Below, one piece after another: positions 1-8,380 of a stretch of DNA of 53,892 nucleotides. Within the stretch, counting starts at the first letter, position 1. Each line of letters begins with the position of its first letter. Location: positions 1 through 53,892 of the forward strand of contig JBBQXJ010000027.1 in the NCBI GenBank assembly GCA_038209745.1, written 5' to 3'. The notes under the pieces are model-generated. The model had not been told where the DNA came from, did no database searches, and saw nothing but the letters and a program-made list of their open reading frames with translations. A program made the translations under genes and the position numbers. The stretch is from Verrucomicrobiota bacterium (GTDB lineage Bacteria; Verrucomicrobiota; Verrucomicrobiia; Limisphaerales; CANJSG01).

Positions 1-87
1 GCCGTCCTTCGGCGCATACTCGCAGCGCGTCACCCGCCACTGCCGGCCCAAACCGAGGAGTTCATGAAACAATTGCTCAGGTGTCAT
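1..87 (-). CDS. ISL3-family transposase, N-terminal 29 aa (partial)
   Basis: Manual translation MTPEQLFHELLGLGRQWRVTRCEYAPKDG matches the LFxxxLGLxxxWxV N-terminus typical of ISL3 transposases. Not in the ORF track. Confidence 0.72.
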   Translation of the reverse strand, partial: MTPEQLFHELLGLGRQWRVTRCEYAPKDG

Positions 88-140
88 CCCCCTTGCTGAC
101 CCATCTCCTACCCTCTACCCACTGAAAACAGCGAGGAACC
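1..140 (-). mobile_element. ISL3-family insertion sequence, left end (continues beyond window start)
   Basis: Minus strand from 140 begins GGTTCCTCGCTGTTTTCAGTGGGTAGAGGG, resembling ISL3 GG(T/C)TC termini. It is followed by a G-rich RBS and a transposase-like start. The host ORF loses its family similarity exactly at 140/141. Confidence 0.75.
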
Positions 141-433
141 ACCAAAGATTCAAGTTCGGCGATTGGCTGACTGTTTTTGATGTTCAGTTTGATTTGTCCA
201 GACGGCATCCAACCGGTGACAGGATTGCGGACTTGAAGCTCGCCCCGAGTAACACGGCGATATTCGGGAATCTTGGCCGGATCGTCATACCCGTTCAATT
301 CGGCCGCCAGCCATTCTGTAATGTCGCTCAAACCAAGCTTCACCGAGATCAGTTTTGCGGTCCGAAGGAGTTCCGTTGTGCTTTTCTTCGACTGGATCAG
401 ATCTCGCTGAAAATCTTTGATGAGAGAACTCAT
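141..433 (-). pseudogene. AbiTii-like domain protein, interrupted by the ISL3 element after about 97 codons
   Basis: LLRTAKLISVKLGL...EWLAAELNGY...IPEYRRV.G.L..RNP..GW.P is the AbiTii N-terminal pattern. The last ~20 aa of ORF 77..433 are read from IS DNA. Lower GC than flanks. Confidence 0.7.
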
Positions 434-527
434 GGAAGTTTCCTTGGGTTGCCGGGATTAACCGCATTCAAAGCCAAATTGCGAGAAATCATATCATGTT
501 TGCCTCTTCATCAGATTGGTTTCTCCC

Positions 528-1901
528 TCACTTCCCCTTCGGCAGTTCCTGCCAGAGATGGGCGCCCATGCGCATGCCCTTCTTGAAGAGGTCGAGGTCG
601 AACTTTTCGTTGGGGGAATGGGCGCCGTCGTCGGGCAGGGAGAGGCCGAGCAGCAGGGTGTCGGCGCCGAGGACCTTCTTGAAGTCCACCACGATGGGGA
701 TAGAGCCGCCTTCGCGCATCACGGCGGGTTCCTTGCCAAAGGCGAGTTTCAGCGTCCGCAGCGCGGCGTTGGCGGCCGGGCTGGTGGGCGAGAAGAGGTA
801 GGGTTCGCCGCCGTGATAGTCGCTGAAGGCGATCTGCACCGTCGGGGGACAGATCTTCTTCAGGTGGTTCGTCACCAGCTTGTAGGTCCTGGTCGGCGAT
901 TGGCCGGGCACGAGGCGGAAGGTCAGCTTGGCGCTGGCCCAGCTCGGCACGATGGTCTTGCTGCCCTCGCCCTGGTAGCCGCTGGTCAGGCCGTTGATCT
1001 CGACGGTCGGCCGGGCGCTCTTGCGCTCGATGGTGGTGTAGCCGGCTTCGCCGAACAGCTCCTTTACTCCGAGGAATTTCGCATACTTTTTGTCGTCGTG
1101 CGGCAGCCGTTTGAAGGACTCCCGCTCGAACTTGGAGAGAGGCACAACATCGTCGTAGAAGCCGGGAATGGCCACGCGGCCCTTCTTGTCGCGGAGCGAG
1201 GCCAGCATCTGGCTGAGGGCCATGGCCGGGTTGTCCAGCGTGCCGCCGAACAGGCCCGAGTGGAGGTCGCGGGTCGGACCGGTCAGCTTGACCTCAACGG
1301 CGGTGATGCCGCGGAGCGCGTAGGTCAGGGCGGGGAGGTTCTTCTGCGGAATGCCGTTGTCGGAGATGACGATGTTGTCGCACTTCAGCGCGGCTTTCTG
1401 GGCCTTGATGAAGGGCACGAGGCTCTTGCTGCCGATCTCCTCTTCGCCCTCGATGACGAAGGTGAGGTCGCAGGGCAGTTCGGTGCCGGTCTTCAGGTAG
1501 GCTTCGACAGCTTTCAGGTGGGCGAAGTTCTGGCCCTTGTTGTCGCAGGCGCCCCGGGCGAAGAGGCTGCAACCCACGATGCGCGGCTCGAACGGGGGCG
1601 ACTTCCAGAGATCGAACGGCTCGGCCGGTTGCACGTCGTAGTGGCCGTAGACCAGGTAGTGCGGCTTCTTGGTTCCCGCCTTGCGCGGGGTGCGGGCGAC
1701 GAGGATGGGATTGCCCTTGGTCGGATGCAGCTCGGCTTCCAGGCCGATCCCGCGGCAGTGCTTCAGCAGCCATTGGCCGCAGGCCGCCATGTCCTGGGCG
1801 TGGCCCGGCTGGGCCGAAACGCTGGGAAAGCGGAGGTATTCGCAGAGTTCCGTGAGGAACCGGTCGTAGTTCGCGTCGAGGTAGTCGAGGACGGCTTGCA
1901 T
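528..1901 (-). CDS. M20-family metallo-dipeptidase
   Basis: YGHYDVQP, ARGACDNKG, EGEEEIGS, DLHSG and HSPNE motifs. Confidence 0.93.
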   Translation of the reverse strand: MQAVLDYLDANYDRFLTELCEYLRFPSVSAQPGHAQDMAACGQWLLKHCRGIGLEAELHPTKGNPILVARTPRKAGTKKPHYLVYGHYDVQPAEPFDLWKSPPFEPRIVGCSLFARGACDNKGQNFAHLKAVEAYLKTGTELPCDLTFVIEGEEEIGSKSLVPFIKAQKAALKCDNIVISDNGIPQKNLPALTYALRGITAVEVKLTGPTRDLHSGLFGGTLDNPAMALSQMLASLRDKKGRVAIPGFYDDVVPLSKFERESFKRLPHDDKKYAKFLGVKELFGEAGYTTIERKSARPTVEINGLTSGYQGEGSKTIVPSWASAKLTFRLVPGQSPTRTYKLVTNHLKKICPPTVQIAFSDYHGGEPYLFSPTSPAANAALRTLKLAFGKEPAVMREGGSIPIVVDFKKVLGADTLLLGLSLPDDGAHSPNEKFDLDLFKKGMRMGAHLWQELPKGK

Positions 1902-2036
1902 GATCTGCGGTCAAGAGGGCCGCAGGCCGGCGGGAGCCGCAAGGGGGAAGTGGTGGGCGGCGCGTAAGACAGCTCCCCACTTTTGGGCGTTGGCAGTTTG
2001 AATGCGGTCTGGTTCCTTTAGTCCATACCTACACCA

Positions 2037-3659
2037 ATGAACTCCCAGTTTCGCATTCATCGCGCTCTGACGATCAGTTTGGCCCTCGCGGGAGCGTTTT
2101 CGCTCTGCGCGGCCGATACCCAGACACCCGCCAAGGCGGAGCCCAAGACGCCGATTCCTTCCGGTGCCCAGACTGACGGCCCGTTCCGCAAGGTCATCCT
2201 CGACGCCGATCGCGAGGTCAACGGCGTCTGGGAGGACACGCTGAAAGACCCGATGGAGCTCGCCGTGGCCAAGGACGGGCGCGTCTTCTACGCCGAACGG
2301 GCCGGCGTGGTGAAAATGTGGAAGCCGGACACGCAGTCCGCAGTGGTGATCGGCACGATTCCCGTTTTTGACGGGCTGGAGGACGGAATGCTCGGCATCA
2401 CCCTGCACCCGGACTTTGTGAAGAATGGTTGGATCTACTTGAACCATTCCATCCCGGACACGACGACCGACACGATGGGCCACAAGACCGGCATCATCCG
2501 GGTGTCGCGCTACACTCTGAAGGGGGACCACCTGGACCTCGGCTCCGAGAAGAAGATCCTCGACGTCCCGACGCAGCGCGACGAGTGCTGCCATGTCGGC
2601 GGCTCGCTCGGCTTCGACGCCGAGGGGAATCTCTATGTTGCGATCGGCGACAACACCAACCCCTTCGATTCGGACGGGTATTCCCCGAGCGATGAACGCC
2701 CCGGTCGGTTCGCGTGGGATTCGCAGAAATCGTCCGCGAACATGAACGACCTTCGCGGCGGCATCAGCCGGATCCATCCCGAGGACGACGGCTCCTACAC
2801 CATCCCCAAGGGCAATCTGTTTCCGCCCGGTACCCCCGGCACCAGGCCCGAAGCCTATGTGAAGGGCACCCGCAATGGCTTCCGCCTCTCCGTCGACCAA
2901 CGGACCGGGATCCTCTACTGGGGCGATGTCGGTCCGGACGCCGGCGGCTTCGATCCCAAGCGCGGCCCCGGCGGATTCGACGCGGTCATGCAGGCGAAAA
3001 AGGCCGGCTATTTCGGCTGGCCCTATTCGCGCGGAGACAACAAGCCCTACGCCAAGATCGACTTCGCCGCCCGCGCAAAATATCAGGCGGACGAGGCGGC
3101 TTACGACAAGGCGGTGAAGGAGGCCAAGGACAAGGGACAGCCCGTTCCGGAAGGTCTGAAGCGGCCCGTTTCCTACACGGCCGGCCCCGCGAAGATGTTC
3201 GATCCGGAGCATCCGGTGAACAATTCGCCGAACAATACGGGCATCAAGAACCTGCCCCCCACCCAGCCCGCGTTCATCTGGTATCCCGGTTCGCCCTCGG
3301 CCCGCTTCCCGGCGGTCAACGGGGGCGGTGGCCGCACCGCGATGGCGGGCCCGGTCTACTACTTTGACGACAAGTTGAAATCCCCGCACAAGCTGCCGAA
3401 GGAATTCGACCACACTCTTTTCATCTACGAATGGTCGCGCAACTGGATCGTCGCGGTGCATCTCGACGAAAACAACGACATCGCCAAGGGCGCCGACGGC
3501 AAGCCGCTCATGGAGCGCTTTTGCCCGAACATGACCTTCAAGCGTCCTATGGACATGGAACTCGGCGCCGACGGTTGCCTCTACTTGATCGAGTTCGGCT
3601 CTGCCTGGGGCAACAACAAGGACACCCAGATCATCCGCATCGAACACACGGGCAACTGA
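2037..3659 (+). CDS. Secreted PQQ-dependent sugar dehydrogenase (GSDH beta-propeller family)
   Basis: Signal peptide; EDGMLGITLHPDF, CCHVGG, GNLYVAIGDN, G.RNGFR, FGWPY motifs. Confidence 0.85.
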   Translation: MNSQFRIHRALTISLALAGAFSLCAADTQTPAKAEPKTPIPSGAQTDGPFRKVILDADREVNGVWEDTLKDPMELAVAKDGRVFYAERAGVVKMWKPDTQSAVVIGTIPVFDGLEDGMLGITLHPDFVKNGWIYLNHSIPDTTTDTMGHKTGIIRVSRYTLKGDHLDLGSEKKILDVPTQRDECCHVGGSLGFDAEGNLYVAIGDNTNPFDSDGYSPSDERPGRFAWDSQKSSANMNDLRGGISRIHPEDDGSYTIPKGNLFPPGTPGTRPEAYVKGTRNGFRLSVDQRTGILYWGDVGPDAGGFDPKRGPGGFDAVMQAKKAGYFGWPYSRGDNKPYAKIDFAARAKYQADEAAYDKAVKEAKDKGQPVPEGLKRPVSYTAGPAKMFDPEHPVNNSPNNTGIKNLPPTQPAFIWYPGSPSARFPAVNGGGGRTAMAGPVYYFDDKLKSPHKLPKEFDHTLFIYEWSRNWIVAVHLDENNDIAKGADGKPLMERFCPNMTFKRPMDMELGADGCLYLIEFGSAWGNNKDTQIIRIEHTGN

Positions 3660-3734
3660 GTTCCGCCAAAAGATCGTTGGAATCCATCGCCGCCTCCGAG
3701 GCTTCCTCGGAGGCGGCATTCTTTTCGGGACCTG

Positions 3735-3850
3735 CTAACGGCAGTTCCTCCTGCTTCAAAAGGGTCTTGATCCTCCCCAGTCGCAGCCGGTTGATCTCCT
3801 GGAGCGGGGTGCGTCCAAACGCGCTCCGGGAAGTCTTCAGCTGTCGCGCG
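3735..3850 (-). pseudogene. Remnant of an AraC/XylR-type HTH regulator
   Basis: ARQLKTSRSAFGRTPLQEINRLRLGRIKTLLKQEELPLA resembles the AraC HTH with the TLERRF-like segment deleted and the second HTH missing. Confidence 0.45.
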
Positions 3851-4027
3851 TCCTGCTTGGCTTCGTAGTGGGCCAAAGAGCGCGGATCGCGCGGAAAGAA
3901 CGAGCTGGAGAACGTGCCACAACCACCGATCGCGCCCTTGAAGTCCTCCAACCGGCGTCGCTCGCACGCTTCGTCCGGATGATCGACAGCCCGGCGCGGG
4001 GCGGAGGTGGAACTTGTGGAGGCTGGG

Positions 4028-4488
4028 CCGCCCGCCCGTGAAGTTGGTCTCCGCGCAGAAGAGCTCGCAGGTTCATCACGACAAGACCGTCGGCGACGAC
4101 AACGCCCTGCTGATTCTGGAATCCGCCACCCGCACCCTTTTTTGGCCGCGGAAAGCTGGGCCAAGCGTGGCGCGATGGACGATCGGGCAGAGGTTCACTG
4201 CTCCAAAGCAGTGGCCTATGGCGACCTGCTCCATGGCAACACCATCGACACCGACAGCTTCGAAGCTACGACTACGCCGTCGAGAAAGCCGGCCCGCTCA
4301 AGAGCGGATCCTTCACCCTCGACGAAGAGGCGAAGAACTACGGGTTCCCTCAGGAGATGGCCCACTTCGTCGACTGCGTGCAGCGCGACAAACAGCCGCT
4401 CGTCACTGGCGGCGACGCTCACGGTGTTTTGGAGATTATCTTCGCCGCCTATGAGTCCTCCGGCACCGGCCGCCGCTGGGTTCCGTAA
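4028..4488 (+). pseudogene. Frameshifted Gfo/Idh/MocA oxidoreductase C-terminal half
   Basis: Three frames join into one coherent domain: VHHDKTVGDDNALLILE / AESWAKRGAMDDRAEV..AYGDLLHGN / YDYAVEKAG..NYGFPQEMAHFVDCV..DKQPLVTG.D...LEIIFAAYESSGTGRR, stop at 4488. No N-terminal Rossmann domain recognisable. Confidence 0.75.
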
Positions 4489-4634
4489 ACCGGAATATCG
4501 CAGCTTCAGGTGCGGGACGATAGTGAGTCGGCAACGCGGGACGCGCTGTTTTTCGAGGGAACATGTGCAGAAATCACTCGGTCGGGTGCTTGCCCCTCTC
4601 GTCGGTTTCCAGCCAATCTGCAACACCACAACCC

Positions 4635-6026
4635 ATGGCCATCAAGATCGATTCCAGGCTCACTTCCGCGAAGCTGCAGAGAAAGATCGAACGCGTGTTC
4701 GACCTCGCCGGGGAGAAGATCCTCAACCTCGAAAAGTCGTGGAAGCCGAGCGACGGCACGCCCGTCTTCACGGTGAAGGGCAGATACACGTCGCGCGGCT
4801 GGACGGAGTGGACGCAGGGCTTCCAGTTCGGTTGCTCGCTGCTCCAGTTCGACGCCACGGGCGACGACCGTTTCCTGGAACTCGGCCGAAAGAAGACCGT
4901 CGAGCTGATGGCCAGCCACGTCTCGCACATGGGTGTGCACGACCACGGGTTCAACAACGTCTCCACCTACGGAAACCTCCTCCGCCTGATGCGCGAGGGG
5001 AAGATCGCCTACAACGAGGGGGAGAAGAACTTCTACGAAATGGCGCTCAAGGTCTCCGGCGCCGTGCAGGCCGCGCGCTGGACCTACGTCGCCGACGGCT
5101 CGGGCTTCATCCACTCGTTCAACGGCGGCCATTCCCTCTTCGTCGACACCATCCGCACCTGCCGCTCGCTCGCGGTGGCGCACCAGCTCGGCCACGTCCT
5201 CATGGGCGAACAGGACGAGAAGATCTCGCTGCTCGGCCGCGTCGTGGACCACGGCATCAACACCGCCCGCTACTCGATCTACTACGGCGAGGGACGCGAC
5301 ACCTACGACGTGTGGGGCCGCGCGGCGCACGAGTCGCTCTTCAACGTGACCAACGGCGTCTACCGCTGCCCGAACACGCAACAGGGCTACTCGCCCTTCA
5401 GCACGTGGACGCGCGGCCATTCGTGGGCGGTGTGCGGCTTCCCGGAGGAGTTGGAGTTTCTCGAAACCGTCTCCGGCGCCGAGCTGAAGCCCCTCGGCGG
5501 ACGCAAGGCGATCACCGAGATCTTCCTCAAGGCGGCCCGAGCGACGGCGGACTTCTTCATCGAGAATTCCTGCGCCGACGGCGTGCCCATGTGGGACACC
5601 GGCGCGCCCGATCTGCATCGTCTGCCGTCGAACTATCTCTCCAGGAAGTCCAATCCCTACAACGCGTGGGAACCGGTGGACAGCACCGCCGCCGCCATCT
5701 CGGCGCAGGGGTTGGTGCGGCTGGGCAACTACCTCGTCGCGAAGGGCGACACGAAGGCCGGCGCGAAGTATCGCCAGGCCGGACTGACCGTCGCCGACAC
5801 GCTCTTCTCCGAGCCGTATCTCTCCACCGATCCCCAGCACCAGGGGCTGCTCCTGCACTCGGTCTACCACCGGCCCAACGGCTGGGACCATGTCGCTCCC
5901 GGCCAGAAGGTGCCCAACGGCGAAAGCTCGATGTGGGGCGACTACCACCAGATGGAGCTGGCGCTGCTGCTTCTGAGGGAAGCGCGTGGCGAGAGCTACC
6001 TGACCTTCTTCGACTACACGAAGTAG
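4635..6026 (+). CDS. GH88-like glycoside hydrolase (unsaturated glucuronyl hydrolase family)
   Basis: WTEWTQGF, HDHGF, VDTI, STWTRGHSW, DSTAAAI, WGDY motifs. Start placed at MAIKID. Confidence 0.8.
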   Translation: MAIKIDSRLTSAKLQRKIERVFDLAGEKILNLEKSWKPSDGTPVFTVKGRYTSRGWTEWTQGFQFGCSLLQFDATGDDRFLELGRKKTVELMASHVSHMGVHDHGFNNVSTYGNLLRLMREGKIAYNEGEKNFYEMALKVSGAVQAARWTYVADGSGFIHSFNGGHSLFVDTIRTCRSLAVAHQLGHVLMGEQDEKISLLGRVVDHGINTARYSIYYGEGRDTYDVWGRAAHESLFNVTNGVYRCPNTQQGYSPFSTWTRGHSWAVCGFPEELEFLETVSGAELKPLGGRKAITEIFLKAARATADFFIENSCADGVPMWDTGAPDLHRLPSNYLSRKSNPYNAWEPVDSTAAAISAQGLVRLGNYLVAKGDTKAGAKYRQAGLTVADTLFSEPYLSTDPQHQGLLLHSVYHRPNGWDHVAPGQKVPNGESSMWGDYHQMELALLLLREARGESYLTFFDYTK

Positions 6027-6032
6027 GGAAGC

Positions 6033-6197
6033 GTGGCGGTCTGGCAGACCGCCACGTAGCGCGGGCAGCTTGCCCGTGGCCCAGCCTGGCAGGCCGGGCT
6101 ACATGACGGGCTGGCAGCCCGTCCTACTCGCATGAGATGGCGGCAGACGGGAGTCTGCCGCTACGGACTCGGTAGCGGCGAACGGGAGTTCGCCGCC
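6033..6197. repeat. Cluster of six REP-like hairpins (GTAG/CTAC family)
   Basis: Hairpins at 6033-6055, 6056-6078, 6079-6102, 6105-6127, 6139-6164 and 6172-6197. Five carry their own GTAG or CTAC tetramer next to the stem. Confidence 0.8.
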
Positions 6198-6281
6198 AAT
6201 CTGTTTTCCGCGCGTCCAAAGTCCGGGATTGAGCGACGCCCTCTGCCGTGGCACTGCTGAAGCGTGCAAGACGACCGGACG

Positions 6282-6494
6282 ATGAAGGTGCTCGGTGGGC
6301 GGCTCGCTCCCTATTGGGAGCGGTTCAATCGGTTGCAACGGTCGGCCGGCACGTTGCTGGCCGGCCGGCTGGGGCCCAAGGGAGTCCAGAGGTTCAAATC
6401 CTACGAGGAGTTCGAAGCATGGAAGATGTCCCATCGACTGAAGTCTCCCGCATCCCAGGTGACGACGACCTCGTCCGGCTCTGCCGCGAGCTGA
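6282..6494 (+). CDS. Small basic protein upstream of nucleotidyltransferase (candidate antitoxin)
   Basis: 70 aa from MKVLGG with PKGVQRFKSYEEFEAW. Overlaps the next gene. Confidence 0.6.
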   Translation: MKVLGGRLAPYWERFNRLQRSAGTLLAGRLGPKGVQRFKSYEEFEAWKMSHRLKSPASQVTTTSSGSAAS

Positions 6495-6907
6495 ACCGTC
6501 AGGAAGCCCTCTATCTCGTGGTCGGAGGGTTTGCCGTCATCCATCACGGATTCCTCCGGGCCACGGAAGACATTGATCTGCTGATCGAAGAATCGCCCGA
6601 AAACCAAGCTCGGGTGAAGCGGGCTTTGGAGATCCTTCCGGACAAGGCGATCCGGGAACTGGGCGACGACGATCTTCGGACCTATCTGGTCGTCCGCGTG
6701 GCGGATGACATCCTCGTCGATCTCATGCTGTCGGCCTGTGGCATCCGCTACCCAGAGGCCGCCACCCAGATCGAGCGGCGGACAATCCAGGAAGTCTCCA
6801 TTCCGTTCGCCGCGCCCGAATTGCTGCTCCGAATGAAGCGGACCCATCGGGAGAAGGACGCGCTTGATCGATTGTTTTTGGAGGAAAAAATCCGTCAACG
6901 CGGGTGA
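6419..6907 (+). CDS. Pol-beta-superfamily nucleotidyltransferase (AbiEii/DUF1814-like)
   Basis: YLVVGGFAVIHHG..RATEDIDLL (GG...RxTxDxD) and C-terminal K..HREKD..D. Start placed at MEDVPS. Confidence 0.82.
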   Translation: MEDVPSTEVSRIPGDDDLVRLCRELNRQEALYLVVGGFAVIHHGFLRATEDIDLLIEESPENQARVKRALEILPDKAIRELGDDDLRTYLVVRVADDILVDLMLSACGIRYPEAATQIERRTIQEVSIPFAAPELLLRMKRTHREKDALDRLFLEEKIRQRG

Positions 6908-8277
6908 TCAATCAAAGCCAGCTCTTCCTCCAACGCCCGCACCGCCTTCTCCAGCTCCTTCTCCCCGAGGGTCAGCGGCGGGGTGAAGCTGATCACTTCG
7001 GCGTGTTCGCCTTCGGGCAGGAAGACGAAGCCGCGTTGGAGCAGGCGCTTGATGATCCCCAGGGATTCTTCCGTGGCGGGGGATCCATCGGGCCGACGCA
7101 GCTCCAGTCCCGCCATCAAACCGAGGCCCCTGACGGAGAGCGTCAATCCAGGTGACGCGATCTTCGCGAGGCGCTTGAGCAAGGCACGGCCGAGGCGGGC
7201 GCTGCGTTGAGGCAGTTTCAGTCGCTTCAGTTCCTTGATCTGCGCGAGCGCCATCGCGCAGCCGACGGGATGACCGAGGAAGGTGCTGGTGTGGATAGCC
7301 TCGCCGTTCGACGGCGGCCAAGCCCGGTCCATCACGTCGGCGCGACCGATGCAGGCGGAGAGCGGGAAGCCGCCGGTGAGCGCTTTGCCGAGGCAGACGA
7401 CGTCCGGAACGACGCGCTCGTGTTCGCAGGCGAACCAGGCCCCGGTGCGGCCGAAGCCGGTGTAGATCTCGTCGAGGATCAGCAGTGCGCCGGATTCGTC
7501 GCAACGCCGGCGCAGCATCTGGAGGAAGCCGTCCGGCGGGACGTTGATTCCGCCGCGGGCCTGGATGGGTTCGACGAGGATTGCGCCGATGGAGCCGTGC
7601 TTCAGCAACTTGACGATGGAGGATTCGCACTCGACGAAGGCCGGGCAGGGATGCCCGGCAAGTTCGTTTTGAGCTGCCACTCGCCGGACAGGGATGCCCG
7701 GCCTACGGGACGGAAACGGCACGAAGCGGCCGAACTCGCGAAGCTGGTCGCGGAATCCGCTGCGGAAGTGGTCGCGATGCGTGGCGTTGAGCGCGCCGTA
7801 GCCGAGGCCGTGGTAGCCGCCTTCAAACGCGATGATGCCCGGTTTGCCGGTGGCGAGCCGCGCGGTCTTCAGGGCGGCTTCCACTGCTTCGGAGCCGGAG
7901 TTGCAGAAGATGCTCTTCCCTGATGCCGGATGCGTGATGCCGGAGGCCCGATCTAGGCGCGACCATCGGCCGTAGGTGATGCGGCTGAGTTCTCGGGCCA
8001 GTTCGGCCTTCAACGCATGGGGATGCACGTCGCCCATCGCGTGGAGCAGGGTGGCCATCTGCTTCTGGCCGGCGCGGACGACGGCCGGATTCGCATGGCC
8101 GGCGGCGGCGACTCCGAAGGCGCCGGTCAGATCGAGATACTTGCGGCCCTCGGCGTCCCAGACGTGGCAGCCCTTGGCCTTGGTCCAGACGATGGGCCAC
8201 GTGCCGTCTGGATCGAGGAAGGTGATGTTCCGCGACTCGTATTGCTGGAGGAGCTGGAGTGTTCGTCGGGTCGTCAC
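6895..8277 (-). CDS. Class III PLP-dependent aminotransferase
   Basis: WDAEGRKYLD, NSGSEAVEAALK, GYHG, DEIYTGFGRTG, LGKALTGG and HTSTFLGHP. GTG start at 8277 preferred because the longer start reads through a repeat. Confidence 0.92.
   Translation of the reverse strand: MTTRRTLQLLQQYESRNITFLDPDGTWPIVWTKAKGCHVWDAEGRKYLDLTGAFGVAAAGHANPAVVRAGQKQMATLLHAMGDVHPHALKAELARELSRITYGRWSRLDRASGITHPASGKSIFCNSGSEAVEAALKTARLATGKPGIIAFEGGYHGLGYGALNATHRDHFRSGFRDQLREFGRFVPFPSRRPGIPVRRVAAQNELAGHPCPAFVECESSIVKLLKHGSIGAILVEPIQARGGINVPPDGFLQMLRRRCDESGALLILDEIYTGFGRTGAWFACEHERVVPDVVCLGKALTGGFPLSACIGRADVMDRAWPPSNGEAIHTSTFLGHPVGCAMALAQIKELKRLKLPQRSARLGRALLKRLAKIASPGLTLSVRGLGLMAGLELRRPDGSPATEESLGIIKRLLQRGFVFLPEGEHAEVISFTPPLTLGEKELEKAVRALEEELALIDHPR
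7640..7706. repeat. Two REP-like hairpins inside the aminotransferase CDS
   Basis: GCCGGGCA-GGGA-TGCCCGGC (7640-7659) and GCCGGACA-GGGA-TGCCCGGC-CTAC (7683-7706). Confidence 0.7.
7922..7956. repeat. Heptamer tandem repeat inside the aminotransferase CDS
   Basis: GATGCCG-GATGCGT-GATGCCG-GAGGCCC-GATCTAG. Confidence 0.55.
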
Positions 8278-8285
8278 AGGGGAGA

Positions 8286-8374
8286 AACCACAGATGGACA
8301 AAGATTGACACAGATGAGGAACACCCCGAGGGAGCATGCGTCCGATCTGTGTTTATCTGTGTCCATCTGTGGTT
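8286..8374. repeat. Intergenic inverted repeat built from (AC)ACAGAT units
   Basis: 8286-8315 AACCACAGATGGACAAAGATTGACACAGAT matches the reverse complement of 8345-8374 at 27 of 30 positions. Confidence 0.85.
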
Positions 8375-8380
8375 GAAAAT

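Noticed and set aside
4007..6106. 699-aa plus-strand ORF
   Set aside because: Arg-rich off-frame reading of the GH88 gene joined to one fragment of the oxidoreductase pseudogene.
6033..6197. CRISPR array
   Set aside because: The hairpins differ in sequence and orientation, have no regular unique spacers, and there are no cas genes.
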